64,000 bases of DNA from the human T2T-CHM13v2.0 reference genome, Homo sapiens. Positions 42,428 to 55,727 of the stretch are shown here, one piece after another. Position 1 is the first letter of the stretch. Each line of letters opens with the position of its first letter. The stretch lies in NCBI RefSeq assembly GCF_009914755.1, contig NC_060933.1. One strand, 5' to 3'. The position numbers were made by a program, and so were the translations under genes. Under the pieces are notes generated by a model. It had not been told where the DNA came from, did no database searches, and saw only the letters and a list, made by a program, of their open reading frames with translations.

Positions 42428-45325
42428 CTACAAAATGCAAAACACGAGAACTGTTAGTTTCACTGTTGTCAGCATTCAAGAGAGAACTGAAAGAGAATAC
42501 AGTCAAGCCCCTCACATTCACTTATCCATACACACACAGCATTCCTTCAAATCTTCACTGGGCCTCTGTCCTGCCAAGCCCACCTTTGTGGGACACCAGG
42601 GAGACAGAGTGACCAGGCCCAGTCCATTCCCTAGAAAAACTCTCAGCAGAAAAGTAAATAAGCAATTTTATTTTAGTGTGATCAAGGACAAGGGAGGGAA
42701 ACACAGGCTGTTGGGGCTCAGGTGAGGGGCACTACCCCCAACTTGGCTTCCCAAAGGCTAATACCCGTTTTAAAACCTTATGTTTTAAGACTGATTGTGA
42801 CTGACCTATGGTAAGAAGGAGGGAAAGAAATGCCAGGCAGCACAATGGGCAGGTGAGAGGCAGACAGTGGGACAAAGAGTGGAATCATCGCTCAGGGAGA
42901 AATAAGCAGTTCATAGACCCAAGGCCCGGGTGCAGGGAAGGACAAAGTAGAATGCAAGGCCAGAACCAAGAGGACTGAGGGGCCCACTCAAGGGCTTTGG
43001 GCAAGGCAATGTCAAGCTGAGGTCTGTATTTTGTACTGAAAGAGTAAGTCTGGAGGCTGCCACACTAACCTAAGCTAGAGATGAGAGTAACCCACAATAG
43101 GATCTGGGGGGTGATGTATTTGCAACACTGTAAGGAGGCAAAACCAATAGATGCTGTACAGATGACCTGTGCAACACGTTATAATTTGGAAAGCACTTTC
43201 ACATATGAAAAGCTATTGGACTCAATAGCTCAGTGGGCAAAACACACTGTAATTCAGATTTCATGGAAGGGGAGACCAAGGGGCAGAGATAGAAAGTGAT
43301 CTGTCCAGCATAACCCAGCATGTCAGTGGCACAGAGCAAGGAAGCCTAGGGCTTAGGATCCCCCTTCCGAGCTCCTGCACCACTGGGCGGTGGGCTGACT
43401 GCACTCCAGCATTTCCCAGGGGTGTGCTACAGTTCCTAAGGCCAAGGAGCCAGGAGGTCAGCTCCATAGAGCTGGCCCCAAGAGGAATCACTCTCAGTGA
43501 AAGACATCAGCCTTTAGAACAGAATTTTTAAAACAGATGCACTTAAATACAGACCTGAGAAGTCTTTTGCAAAGGAAGAAATGCTGCTGCCTATAATTCT
43601 GATCTTGACTCAAGGAAATTATAAAACTTTTCTGCTGAGGCAGCACTGTGAATTCTGAATGCTCTCCTGGATGCCTCTTGCCAGGCATGATGAGGGCTGC
43701 TTTCGGCAAATTTCAAAAGCAGGTAAAGGCTGTTTGATGGCCTCCTCACTTCAGCTACCCAACTCTCCTTCCTGGGTACCCCAAGCACAGAACTGTTCTC
43801 CCTGCTTCAAACTCCCCTAGCCTACCCCACAAGTTCCTGAATCCCATCTCCTCAAAGCCTTAAAAAGGGCCAGGTGCAGACCCGTGTTGAAAATAGTAAT
43901 GCCCAATGCTGAGGTCACACAAAAACCACTACCTTTGTACACTGCTGATGTACAGACTATTTAGAAGGTGGCAATATGGCACCTTTCCAAACTTATGAGG
44001 TTCCCCTTGTAGGGTTTTCTCCTAAGAATATTATTTAACAGCAAAAAGCATATTAACATTGATGTCTATTATGGCTCCAAATCAGAGACCACTTTAATAA
44101 ATCAACGGGGTCATGGATTGGTGACTGAGAATAGCCTGCAAACAATCATTAGGAAGCCCATGTGAAAGCACAGGGAACATGTATGATGTAATATTGGGCA
44201 AAAACAAAGAAAGGACACACAATGACACAAAATCCAATTTGAAAAATATAAATTCATGCTCATATTTAATAAATGAAAAAATATGCAAATTTTAAAAAAT
44301 GATCAATGTGTAGAATCATGAACTTTTTTTCTCTGTTCACTTTTTTCATATTATTACATCATCTTTTTGATTAAATTTTAAGATCCTTGTCAATGAGAAA
44401 TCAATGAACTAATCACTACGAGCGGACTGACCAGGTGCTCCTTAAGAGATTTATTTTTATTTTTTTAACTAGAGGTATCCAAGTAAAAGTCAGTCCAAAC
44501 TTTAGTACAATACTTGCTTGTAAAGCAGGCTGGCATTCCTCATCCCACTGGATACACACATTTACCCTATGGGTGTCAGGATGATAATCCCAGGATACCC
44601 AACGCTCCAGAGAGTCCAGTGGGGTTTAGGAACAGCCCTGGACTCGAAGCTGGAAATGGTTTCTAGCTCCAGCTCTGCTGCCTACTTGCTGTGCCACTTT
44701 GGGCAAGCCCCATCCACTCTCTGGGCCTTTGTTTTTCATCTCTAGAGCAAAGAGGACAGGCTGCCTGATTGCTTGGAGTCTAACCATTTACTGGTTTGCT
44801 CCACACCCTGGGTGGGCGGGTGGTAGAGGTGTCTGGTCCTCTTTCTCGTACCCCCCACAGCCTCTCCAGGGCTAGGCAATTAACCTGCACACAAATGCAA
44901 AACAGATCCACTTTTTAAACCTATCAGGATGATTTTCAGATCCTGAAAGACACTGAAAGCCAGATTAAGATGTTTAGGTTCCCTTCTAAAGGCAGTAAGA
45001 GAAACTAAAAGAAATTTCAGCATCAAAGTGATGCAGGCAGGACTAAATGGATAGGAGGGAGCAAGGCCAGAGGCACTGAGGGTGTCTGGAAGTCCAAATT
45101 CCACTTCCCTGAGAATCAAGATGCCTCAGATGGAGATTACGCCACTTTGCCCAAGGTGACCGCTAATTAATTAGCAGTCAGGTCCCCTGGCTCCTAGGGT
45201 ACAGCATGTCAGCTATCAATGGAAAGACACCTCTGTGGGGCAAAGGCATCATTCAGAAGTTCACATGTCACACACAGATGCTCAGAGCTGCATTCTCAGC
45301 AAGTGGGGAGAGGCAGGGGCAGTAC

Positions 45326-45562
45326 CGTGTTTGTCAGGCTGAAGGGGCACCTCAGGGATGGACACGGCTTGGACAGCCAGAGTGAGGGCTCCTTCCTGTG
45401 CCTTCTCTGCCCCCCTTGCCAGCTGTTCCTTGAGCCTGCTCTGCAGAGTGCTGCTGGTTTCGATGCTCCTTTCTAGTTGCAAGCGCAGAGCCTGGATCTC
45501 CATCAGGAGGCTGTGCAGGTCCCTGAAAGGATCCTGCCCCTTCCAGCCTTCTCCCGACGCCT
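45326..45562 (-). CDS. CDK5RAP2: CDK5RAP2 exon 32 (237 nt, frame-preserving; EASGEGWKG...QPDKH)
   Basis: ORF 45282..45578; acceptor CCTCAG|AG, donor ACG|GTACTG. Recalled as skipped in a known isoform. Confidence 0.95.
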
Positions 45563-46662
45563 CTGAGGACATGTGCAAAGAGAAGCCCTGACATCTTCCA
45601 CAACCAAAGGGTCAGCCATCGAAGGAACTCAATCGCATTTTACACTCACCACCACCATCGCCCTCCCCCTTCCTAAGAACTAGGTACAGTTTAAAATAAC
45701 AACTTGACTTTAGAAACAAAAATATTGGCAGACTTAATTGCTGCTATTCCACAGGCTAAATAAGAGCTGGAAATTAATTTTCGCTTCTGGCCATAAAAGC
45801 CTAGCAAATTGCACACCAAACCCCGAAATTATGTCTAGTAGTAATAAAATCTATTTGGGCTAGAATTATAGAATGAAAGGGGATGATTTTAAGAGCCACA
45901 CTATATTAAAAAGACACAACAGCAAGAATAAAAAAAGCAAGTTGAGGAGAAAATAAAAGCTGTGAGATGACCCCTTTCTAGATAAACTTTCAATAGAGAG
46001 AAACCATCTGGAAAATTAGTAAAATAAAAAAAAAAAAAAAAACACCTCACCACACCTCAAAATTGATTCTGAAACATTAGACGTTATAGTTGAAGCACTC
46101 TGAGCTGATTATCTCTCCTGGGATACAGAGAGCAACGAGGCCAACAACCATCCCCAGAGCAATGCCCAGCACGTGAGAGGTGTCCATAAATGTTTGCTGA
46201 ATGAATGGGCAAAAAGTAACATATACTAGCAGGACGATTATAATAAACGTCATTTCCTGGGTGCCTACTATGTGTCAGGTATCTTGCTAGGATGCTTTTA
46301 ATAAATGGTCTCATTCAATTTTCAACACAATTCTCCACACAACAGGTGCTGAGAGACATGTTTTACAGAGATAGGTATGGGCTCAAAGGGTGAAGTGGCC
46401 TACTGAGGGTCACATAGCTGGGAACAAGTGAGTGGGAACCCGGACCTCGGCTGGCCTGGGTGCTGAGCCTCAGTCCTTCTATGTTTCCTGCTGTTCCTTC
46501 AGAAGAAGAGTGGGTCAAAGAGCTAGCTTCAACACCCATCCACTCTACCCACAAGGCCAGAGTGGAGAGGGCTGAGCTCTGCCCTCCTGTGCCTACAGCC
46601 AGCTGTCGGGTGGTCTTACAGCCCAAAGCACAGTAGCCTCAAGGTGAGAAGGGCCTCAGTAC

Positions 46663-46784
46663 CTCTCAGTCTCCTGTGCTCTTCATCCAGCTTCTCATAC
46701 GCCTTCAGCTCCACTCGGAGAGACTGCAATAGCTTGTCATTCTGTGAGAGCAGCTGCTGCCTCAACTTCAGCTCCTCCTGCACC
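46663..46784 (-). CDS. CDK5RAP2: CDK5RAP2 exon 31 (122 nt; VQEELKLRQQ...EHRRLR)
   Basis: Acceptor TCTCAG|GG, donor GAG|GTACTG; frame continuous with its neighbours. Confidence 0.95.
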
Positions 46785-47442
46785 CTGAGAAGGCCCCACA
46801 GGCATGAGAAGGACAGGTTAATTCTACCTCAGGGTAACTTATTCAAACCCCACAGAGCAGGCCAATTCCACCCTCAGTCACAAGAGTGTGGACCAAGAAG
46901 TGACAAGCATGGTTAAGAATTCCATGTGCTCTCTAATCCTAATTCCACTCCTCTGCTCAGAATCTCCCAGTGGCTTCCCATGCCACTCAGAGGAAAACCC
47001 AAAGTCCTCACACTGACTCTGCAGCCCGATGTGATTTGGTATCCTGCCAGCCCCCTCTCCAGATACACTGCCCTGCTCTGTCCGGCACAGGCCTAAGCCA
47101 CTTTGCCTCAGGGCCTGCGCCCATTCTGCCTGAAATGATCTTTCCCAGGTAGCTGCAGCACTCACCTCCTCACTGCATTCAGCTCTCTGAGCAAATGGCA
47201 TCTTTTCACAAAGGCCTTCCCTGACTCACCCTTGACAAAAAACAGCAACCCACTGCCAAGCCCTCTCCTCCTTACAGGATCTTTCTCCATATGTTGTAGG
47301 CGCACCAGACGTACAATGTGTTTGTGTCTACTGCCTGCCACTGTGCACTAAGGCAGAGGCCTGCGTGCTGATTCCACGACTGCAGCCCAGTGCCTGCATG
47401 CGTGGTACGGCCAGCAGGCCACCAGGGAAGCACAGCCACTAC

Positions 47443-47632
47443 CTGCTCAGCTCCTGGCCGCTGCAGCGGACCTCCTGGATCAGCTGCTGGTTGTGTCTCT
47501 CCTTCTCGCTGCCTTCTTTCTGCAGCCTTTCATTTTCTTCCTTCACGCTGGCATACTCCCGCTGAAGGTGCTCCAGGCTCACGGTCTTCCTGGAGAGGGA
47601 CTCTCGTAATTTGTCATTCTCCTTCTGTTTAT
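47443..47632 (-). CDS. CDK5RAP2: CDK5RAP2 exon 30 (190 nt; DKQKENDKLRES...GQELSR)
   Basis: ORF 47439..47744; acceptor TGCAG|AT, donor CAG|GTAGTG. Confidence 0.96.
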
Positions 47633-48339
47633 CTGCAAACATAAAAAGGTGCCACTGAGAAGGGCCACCATTTGTTTTTTCCAACCTTATTATATAAATA
47701 CAGCACTTCAAGAATACAAAAAAGAATGAGATTCGATCTGGCATTTATGATTTTGGCATTCCAATTATCTTACACACTTTGGGCAGATAAATTTGTCAAC
47801 ATCAAGGCTGCAGATTAAACGTCACTGGGATAAAATGGGCCTGTTTAATTTTCTATTAAAGAACAGGCCATGCAAACCTAGTTACTTTGCCTTCACAGAG
47901 CAAACAGTGGGTAGGAAGTACAGAGGAAAACACAGGGCCCAGAACTCTGGGAATGGGTGCTGGCCTGGCCGCAGGCCTTCTACCAGCCTAGCACCAGGAG
48001 GCCGGCAGGGCTGTGCAGATGGCACCTTGAGGCCCATTCACTCCTCAGGCTGAGGACAGCACCTCTCCTGAGGAATAAAATACACCCAGAGGCACAAGAG
48101 ACACTGTGGTCAAAAGCAGGGGGCTGGGGACAGAGAGGCCACATTCAAGAGCAGCTTCTCCATTTACTGACTTCATAACCTTGAGTGAGGCTCTTCACTT
48201 CTCCACGCCTGTTTCCTTACATGTGTTATTGTGTGGATTCACTGAGATGCCATCTATAAAGGGTTTATCACAGGGAGTCAGGAGCACTCTGGGGGCTGGA
48301 AGCTTCATAAGGACGAGTTCCCAGCAGTGCTGGTGGTGG

Positions 48340-48540
48340 TAACAGTTGACCTGCACCAGCACTACCTGTGCAGGTGTGACATTAGGGCCTTCTCATGCAT
48401 CGCCCTATTTAATCTCCAGGGCCGACTTCCAAGGCAGGCACTATTATTCTCCGTTTTCCAGATAAGAGACTTCCCTAAGGTCACACAGCCAGTAGGTGGC
48501 AGAACCAGAATTCGGACTCAGTCTGATTCCATTCTTAAAC
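48340..48540. mobile_element. MIR fragment
   Basis: MIR core AAGGTCACACAGCCAGTAGGTGGCAGAACC. Confidence 0.7.
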
Positions 48541-49673
48541 ACAACAAGATAATTTCTAAGCAAGCATTCACCTCCTCCCTCAAGCGCCAGACACATCATG
48601 CTGCCTACCCTTCCTGAACGGCCTAGACTCTCCTCATTGCTAACCCCTGGGACTTTGTCTGCTCTCTTCCTTCTATTTAAAAGGCCCTGGCTCCTCTCAA
48701 TCTTCAGCACCTTCGCTAAGCCCTCCTCATCCTCCGTTCTTGAAGGCAAGCTTTTCCTGAGTCAGGATGCCTTCTCCAGGGTCCTGCAGTTCCCAGAGCC
48801 TAACTTTATCGTGGCTGAGGTTCACACTGGTCTGCCAAGATTGTTTGGCTGTCTCTCCCATCAGACTATGAGCTCCCTGAGGGAAGGGATGAAATCTCAT
48901 CCGTTTCTGTATCACAGTCTACACGGCCCTGAAGTAACACAGGAGATAGGAAATGTTGCTGAGTGAATGAGTGACTGACAGAGGCCCCAATTTCATCTCT
49001 TAAGCCAAAAGGAGCATCAATATCCTTTTAGGAAAAGTGGGATAAGCTGGCCCAAGTTCTAGCTCTACCACATTCTAGCTCTGTGACCACAGGCCAGGCA
49101 ATTCCCTAGGCCTCAGTTTCTCACCTGTCAAATAGGGCTAATGATACCTCATCCCAGAACTGTTTTCAGTAGTGAAAGATAATGTAAGTGAAAGCTCTTT
49201 GGGAGCCAAGCTCCAAATAGAAGGAATTAAGACAAGCGATCTTTATAAGAAGTACAGGATAAACTTTGCTGATAGTAGGAAATCACTAATTGAGATTTTG
49301 GCAGTATTATATTTCCAGCCCTTCTTTCTTCCACTGTGAACTAGGATGAGAGACACGTGGCTACAGGGGAGATGAGTGACAAGCAAATAAAGTAACATTT
49401 ACTGAGCCCCTATTAGAGACACTGTGCTGAGAGCTTTACACCGTTCAACTGTCACAACAGCCCTATGAGATATTCCTGAACCTCTCTGATTCCAGTATTC
49501 TCAGCTATAAAACAGAAACACCTCACAGGGCTGCTGTGACAATTAAATGGTGTAAAGCCATCACAGAGCCACAGGATTCATACTTAGGTTGGTCAGACTC
49601 CAATGCCTGCATTCTTTCCATGACACAGAAGGCTTTGGCGTTCCAGACTTCCAGTGACTCCTTTAACTCTTAC

Positions 49674-49790
49674 CTCTGGATCCTTTAATGAGCATTGCAT
49701 TGAGGGCCTGGTTCTGCTTCCTCAAGAAATGAATTTCTGATGTTAGAGAACTATGAAGCTCTGAACCAGAAGCAAAAATGCTTGTAGAAC
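49674..49790 (-). CDS. CDK5RAP2: CDK5RAP2 exon 29 (117 nt; GSTSIFASGSELHSSLTSEIHFLRKQNQALNAMLIKGSR)
   Basis: Read manually, not in the ORF track; acceptor TTTTATAG|GT, donor GAG|GTAAGA. Confidence 0.95.
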
Positions 49791-52122
49791 CTATAAAAAC
49801 ACACATAAAAACTGATTTATAAACAGTCTCCAGATCAGTATAGACAGAACTTTCTAGAAAGCAGTTTTAAACAAAGAGTTAACACAACATACAATGAAAA
49901 TCCCTCCTGTTAACTATGTTAGGAATTACCAGAAGCCAAAGAGAAATGAGAGTAAGCTTGAAAGAGGGGGCAGGAAGGGCTCCCCCACATCTTACCTAAG
50001 GGAGAACAAAGCAGAAGACCTGGGCCAGGAGTGGGATGAGTGAGTGAGAGTCTTCACCTTCACAGATGTCTTTCCCGAGGTCAAAATTCATATCCAGCTG
50101 CCTGCCGCGCCTCACCACTGAGGCAGCTCTGTCACTCAGTCCTCAGAGCCAAAGCTGAACTCCTTATCCTTCCAAACCTGCTCTCTCTCACCTGTTTCCT
50201 GCCTCAGGAGATGGTATCGCCACAATCCCTAACCTAAGCTAGAAAGCTGGGAGCCATTCTAAACCCCTTTCTCTTCCACTGCCCAGTCAAGCAATCATGA
50301 CTGCTGCTGCTTCCTCCAAAATGCTTCCAACACTGGCCTACTCTTTTCCGTCCTAAAGTTCAGGCCTTATCACTTTACTCTCTAACCTTGCCTCCCGGCT
50401 GTTCTGCCAATGGGGTTATTATCCTAAACAAATTCCATTTAAGTTACTCTCTACTCAAAAACATCTGATGGCCCATGATGGCAAAAGACAATCACACAAC
50501 AAAACACAAGGGCCAACTTCTCTGTCTAGATACCTCTATTTCACAGGTAACATTCACATTCACGGCCACCCTCAGGAAAGTGCCTACTGTGTGCAAGGTG
50601 CCTTCTCTATGTGGCAGACAGATGCTTCCCTCCCTGTCCTCCACACTCACTGAGTCCACTTACTACACCACAGAGCCAAAATGCCAGATTCCTGCTTTCC
50701 TAGCCACCCTGCAGTGAGGACATGGTCACGTGCCACCTCTGGCCAATTGGGCCTGACAGGAAGTCTGCTGGGAGCTTCTGGGAAAGATTTTCCACCAGGA
50801 TGAAAAGAGGACAGGAAAAAGCCCCACCTTCTTCTTTCCCATGCTCTGGACGCTGTCTGAGAGACTGGAATGCTTGTACTACTGCAGTCATCACAGATAC
50901 TAATCCAAACTTTGCTGTCACTGAGCCATAAACCTGCCTTGGAACTCCCTGCCTCTGGGTTTCTTGTTACATGAGAAAACACAAATCCCTGTTGTTACCA
51001 TCAGTTGCTACTCCCATTCTGTTGTCTGCAGCTGAAAGCATCCTGGCACACAACTGAATACCTATCCTATTCAAACTCCTTGTAGGGAAGGTACGGCATC
51101 AGTTCTCCAAGGAGCTGACAGTCCTTCCACTCTACAGCACTACCTTTTTCTCATGTTAATGATTCACTTACCGCAAGGTTATCTAATTGTTTTACTCACT
51201 ATGTCTCACCCCACCATCTTCCTCCACTCTCCCCTGCGAACTCTGGTATCTTTTCAGAGACACCTGGGTTTGAACCATGGCTCTGGCTTAATAGCTGCAT
51301 GACCTCAGGCAAATCGCATCACTTCCCTAAGTCTCCATTAACTCAATAAAAAGTTACTGCTATTACCATTTGTATTACTAAAACAATTAATGATAGACTG
51401 GACCCAAAATAGCACCAAAAAGTAATGTGAACAGCAGGAAAAAATCTACAGAAGTCTACCACAACCAAAGCTAAGGTGGTAGCTTTGGAGGCAGTATTTC
51501 TTGGCAAAGAAATAGGCCAAAGAACAGTTCCTGACCGACCTAAACCTGAGCTAGTGAGATCCACTTCCGATGCTAGGAGGCCATTCTTTCCTCTGAGGGT
51601 CATCACTATCAGCCTGTACAAGTAGTGACAAGCTGGAAGCTCTAACACATGAGAGGCCGGTTTTTAACAATATTCCACCTCGATATTGTAAGAAGCCATA
51701 CCTTTCTCAGGCCTGCTCCCCAAGGTAAACATTTCACAGCAGGGGGAGGCGGAGCCACTTTTATTCCTTTGTATTCCTTTGTCTTTTCAGACATTGTGAC
51801 AACATGGTGAGAACAGCACGTCTTTCCACCAGTGTAAATACTTTATGAATGCTTTTGTAAACCTTCCCGTCAGAGTGAATTACTCTCCAGAGCAATTGTC
51901 TGCTCCATTGTAGCTGGTGGCCATTTGAGCCCCCAAATAATTCTATAATTGGATTTGCCAGGGAAAATGTAAAACAGAATGAATCTAATTCAGGCATTAC
52001 CAAGAGTGAATGTGAAGGGCCCAGGCGTGTATTTCTTTCCTGTGTTTGATACAACTAATAACTCAGATCAATCAATTTCCCTGAGGGTGAGGGGGGTATA
52101 TGCAGGAAATGGGCGCAGTGAG

Positions 52123-52180
52123 CGAGGAGGGAGGAGGGAGGAGGGAGGAGGGAGGAGGGAAGGAGGAGGGAGGGAGAGGG
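52123..52180. repeat. Polypurine (GGAGGGA)n tract
   Basis: Seen directly: a pure A/G run. Confidence 0.9.
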
Positions 52181-53355
52181 CGAGATGGAGCCATTCGGTT
52201 TCCCTTGCAAGCTGCAGCATGCACGGTACTTGGGAAAGATGTCCCTCCCGGCTGGTAGCTATGATGGCTAGAGAAGAATGAGACCTGGACAAGGGTCCAA
52301 GGACTCGGGTGCTGCTGCCATGGGGCACTATCTTTCCAGAACTCAATTCTACCATCTCTAAAAATGGGAATGACATTAGAGTCCCTGCCCATTGCAGAGC
52401 TTTGCAACGTTATACAGAATAAAATAGTAAAATAAAATTGATAATGATGATAAAGGCAACCATTTACTGAGTGAGGCACTGAGCAAGGCCCTACTCATAA
52501 CATTGCCTCATTTAATCTCGCAATGACCCTGTTCTATGAAACAATTAAGACTGGGAGAAATGAGTATATTGCTCAACGTCACAAAGCTAATAAATGGGAC
52601 AGCAGGGTCCACACTCCGGCCAGTTCAACCAGACAAACTCGGGCTTTTCTGAGTGCGCCAAGCTGCTTTCAAGATACATGCTTTACGGAATGAGGAACTC
52701 TCTCTAGAGCAATAAGGAAAGATGTCCAAGATTTACTGCTCCATGACAAATGGACAGAATCATGGATATAGAGTACGTTACCTCTGGGATGAAGAGAAGA
52801 GTAAGAATATATGCTGGTATTTGCATTTAAAAAAACACTGTTAAGGATACAGAAGAAAAGAAAAAAGTGGAGAAGAAGGAAGGGAAAACAGGGTTAATGG
52901 GTAAAGAATGGAGGTTTAAATTTTTTGAAGCACATGAATGTCTTACCTATGCCAGCGGGGTGGCGGGGAGTGGGCGGTAATGTTTTTAAGTTCTTCATGG
53001 ACGATCACTCTATTCGGAGCTAACTGTGTTTATGCAGGAATATGTGTGATCTTTAGACTGGCATGTGAAATTTACCAGATTGCTAAAATGCTGATATTTT
53101 TATAATCCATTATAGATGAAAAGACAATATATTGCTTTGTTTTATCTTAAAATTCCTATCTATTTCTCTCCAGCTTCCAAAGTTAAATGAGATGCCAGTC
53201 ACAATTCAGGATGCCAGAGGCTGGCAGACTTCTCCAAGATGGAAAAATGAACATTTATCAAGCACCTGCTTTGTACACAGATGCTTACTCAGGCAAATGC
53301 GTCACAGTGAAGCACTCACAGACATGTACAGTCCTCCAGGAAGGTCTTTCCTTAC

Positions 53356-53475
53356 CTTGAACAAATTCAGATCCTTGCCGTTCCAACTGTTTCCGTAGCT
53401 TCTCATTTGTTTTAATAGATTCTTCTAAACGCTTTCTCAAAGTTCGAATTTCCTGTATGTGTTCCATTAGTAAGT
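53356..53475 (-). CDS. CDK5RAP2: CDK5RAP2 exon 28 (120 nt; DLLMEHIQEIRTLRKRLEES...EFVQ)
   Basis: Coiled-coil ORF 53285..53467; acceptor TGTAG|AC, donor AAG|GTAAGG. Confidence 0.96.
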
Positions 53476-54342
53476 CTACAGGAAGGAAGCCATTTTTAAT
53501 TTAAAGTCTGAACCCCCAACAAATTGAATAATTTATGGATTATGCAGGGATCCTGAAATTCCAAACAGTATTGGATGTGTTAAGATGGTTAGCAACTGGC
53601 AATTCTTTCCTAGGCATGGGGAGGGTGAGCTATTTCCCACAGCCCACAGACACACTTCTGTAATGATTCTCTGCAGCCCTCCATGAGGAAGATATTTTAC
53701 ATCACATAGAAAAAATTATATTCCATACAATTTTAATGCTAACTCTAATGTAGCCTTTTATTCTTCCAAATATCAAATATTAATTTAAAATCTTCCTTAT
53801 GGTGAAACTAACAGATCACTTTCAAGTCTGCTTGAATTGCCTGAGAGTTGATTAAACTACCTTCATAATGAATCCAGATATTTTCGAGACTAATTTTTTG
53901 AAAGGAATATGTTATCCATTTATCATTTACTAATTTAAGACTTAAATAAAGCAAAACAATGCTAGTGAGAATGGTAATAAGAAAAGTGATCTCAACAGAA
54001 CATCTTATTAGCATGAGTATAAATGTGTATGACCTTTTGGGGCTACTTCTATACTTAGCCTTAGAAAAGTTATTTTCCAATGTCTTTTACCAAATAATTC
54101 AACTCTTAGGACTCTATTTAAAGAGACCACCAGAGATGCTGACAAGCGTTTGCCAGAATGGAGGAAAAGGTTCACCTTAGCACTGGATGTAACCATAAGA
54201 ACTGAAGTAACTCCAAATGTAACTGTAGTACATTCATGATGATGCAGTATTACATAGCTATTAAAATTATGTTATGAAGACTATATATCATAAAAAATAT
54301 ACTAAATCTTAGATCCAAGATTGATAACATAATCACAACTTA

Positions 54343-54725
54343 TAGAAAAAAAAAATTCAGTTTCTCCCATACACTCACTCAACAATCAACACAGAAGACT
54401 TCTGTGACCACATGTGAGGGTTTTTTCCCCCACAGACTAAGCAAACAGTTCTGCAGCAGACACCGGCCGGGCGTCCTCTAATTCAGTTGGACCTGAAGAT
54501 AGCGTTAGATCCACAGGTTGAGGCTCAGTCCCAAGACTGCCCCTCCAACAACTTCTGAGGCCAATCGCAAGCCCCCAGTTGTTTCACCTGTGCCTCTGAC
54601 CAACTGACTAAAAATTCGGTTCCCTCACCCGCCTCCTGGGGTTGGATTAATTTGCTAGACCAGCTCAAAAACTCAGGGAAACATTTGCTTATGTTTACTG
54701 GTTCATTATGAAGGATACTGCAAGG
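54343..54725. mobile_element. MER21-like LTR fragment
   Basis: CACAGAAGACTTCTGTGACC...GGCTCAGTCCCAAGACTGCCC...GATTAATTTGCTAGA...ACTCAGGGAAACA. Confidence 0.7.
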
Positions 54726-55375
54726 AAGACTAAATATATACTTCACAATATCACAGAACTCTACTTAAAAATTTGTACAGACAAGGAAAGACACAAATAT
54801 GTGAAAGAAGGAAATATATCTAAATATTAATAGCAGTTGCCTTTAGGTGGCAGATTTTAGATTTTTCAAAAATTCTATATTACATTTTAACATAATACTT
54901 AATAATACACAACATTTTAAATTTTCCAAAATGAGCATGTATTTGTTCAGCCTCTGCCACATCTCACTTTAACAAAGAAAGAAGAAAGCACAATTCCAAT
55001 CCAGGGGTAGGTTTCTAGAATCAGTGTTTAAAGCATCATCACATTAAGTATCCAAAGGCAAAACTAATGTCTTTAATTTATCAATTAGGGTATACTCAGT
55101 ATATCTTAGTAATGTTTGTTTTAAAACATTACACTAATGTTATGACCCAGTTTTAATTCCTCCAAAATGACTTTCATTTAAAAGTAGCACAGTGTTACAG
55201 ATCTTTTCCTAATTAAATAGTAATTTTACCATGAATTTGAATGTTTATGAGATGACTTAATTCCCAGACCTTCAGCTATCTCCTGCTAATGCCAGAAATG
55301 TGGCAAGTAATTTGGTGGAATGTCGTAGCTCTCGCTGCAGCACAGCACAGAAGGACTCTTGTCTGCAAAAAGCTA

Positions 55376-55727
55376 CTGGCACCCACGGCACTGCATCTCC
55401 ACGCTCCTTAAACTCCTGGCACCCACAGCACTGCACCTCCCCGCTCCTTAAACTGCTGGCGCCCACGGCACTGCACCTCCCCACGCCTTAAACTGCTGGC
55501 GCCCACGGCACTGCACCTCCGTGCTCCTTAAATTCCTGGCGCCCACGGCACTGCACCTCTGCGCTCCTTAAACTCTAGGTGCCCAGGCATTGCACCTCCA
55601 CGCTCCTTAAACTCCGGGCGCCCACAGCACTGCACCTCCCCACTCCTTAAACTTCTGGCGCCCACGGCACTGCACCTCCACACTCCTTAAACTTCTGGCA
55701 CCCATGGCACTGTACCTCCTTGCTCCT
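55376..55727. repeat. 40-bp GC-rich minisatellite, ~8.8 copies (intron 27)
   Basis: Approximate unit GGCGCCCACGGCACTGCACCTCCNCGCTCCTTAAACTNCT; starts at 55378, 55418, 55458, 55498, 55538, 55578, 55617, 55657 and 55697. Confidence 0.95.
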
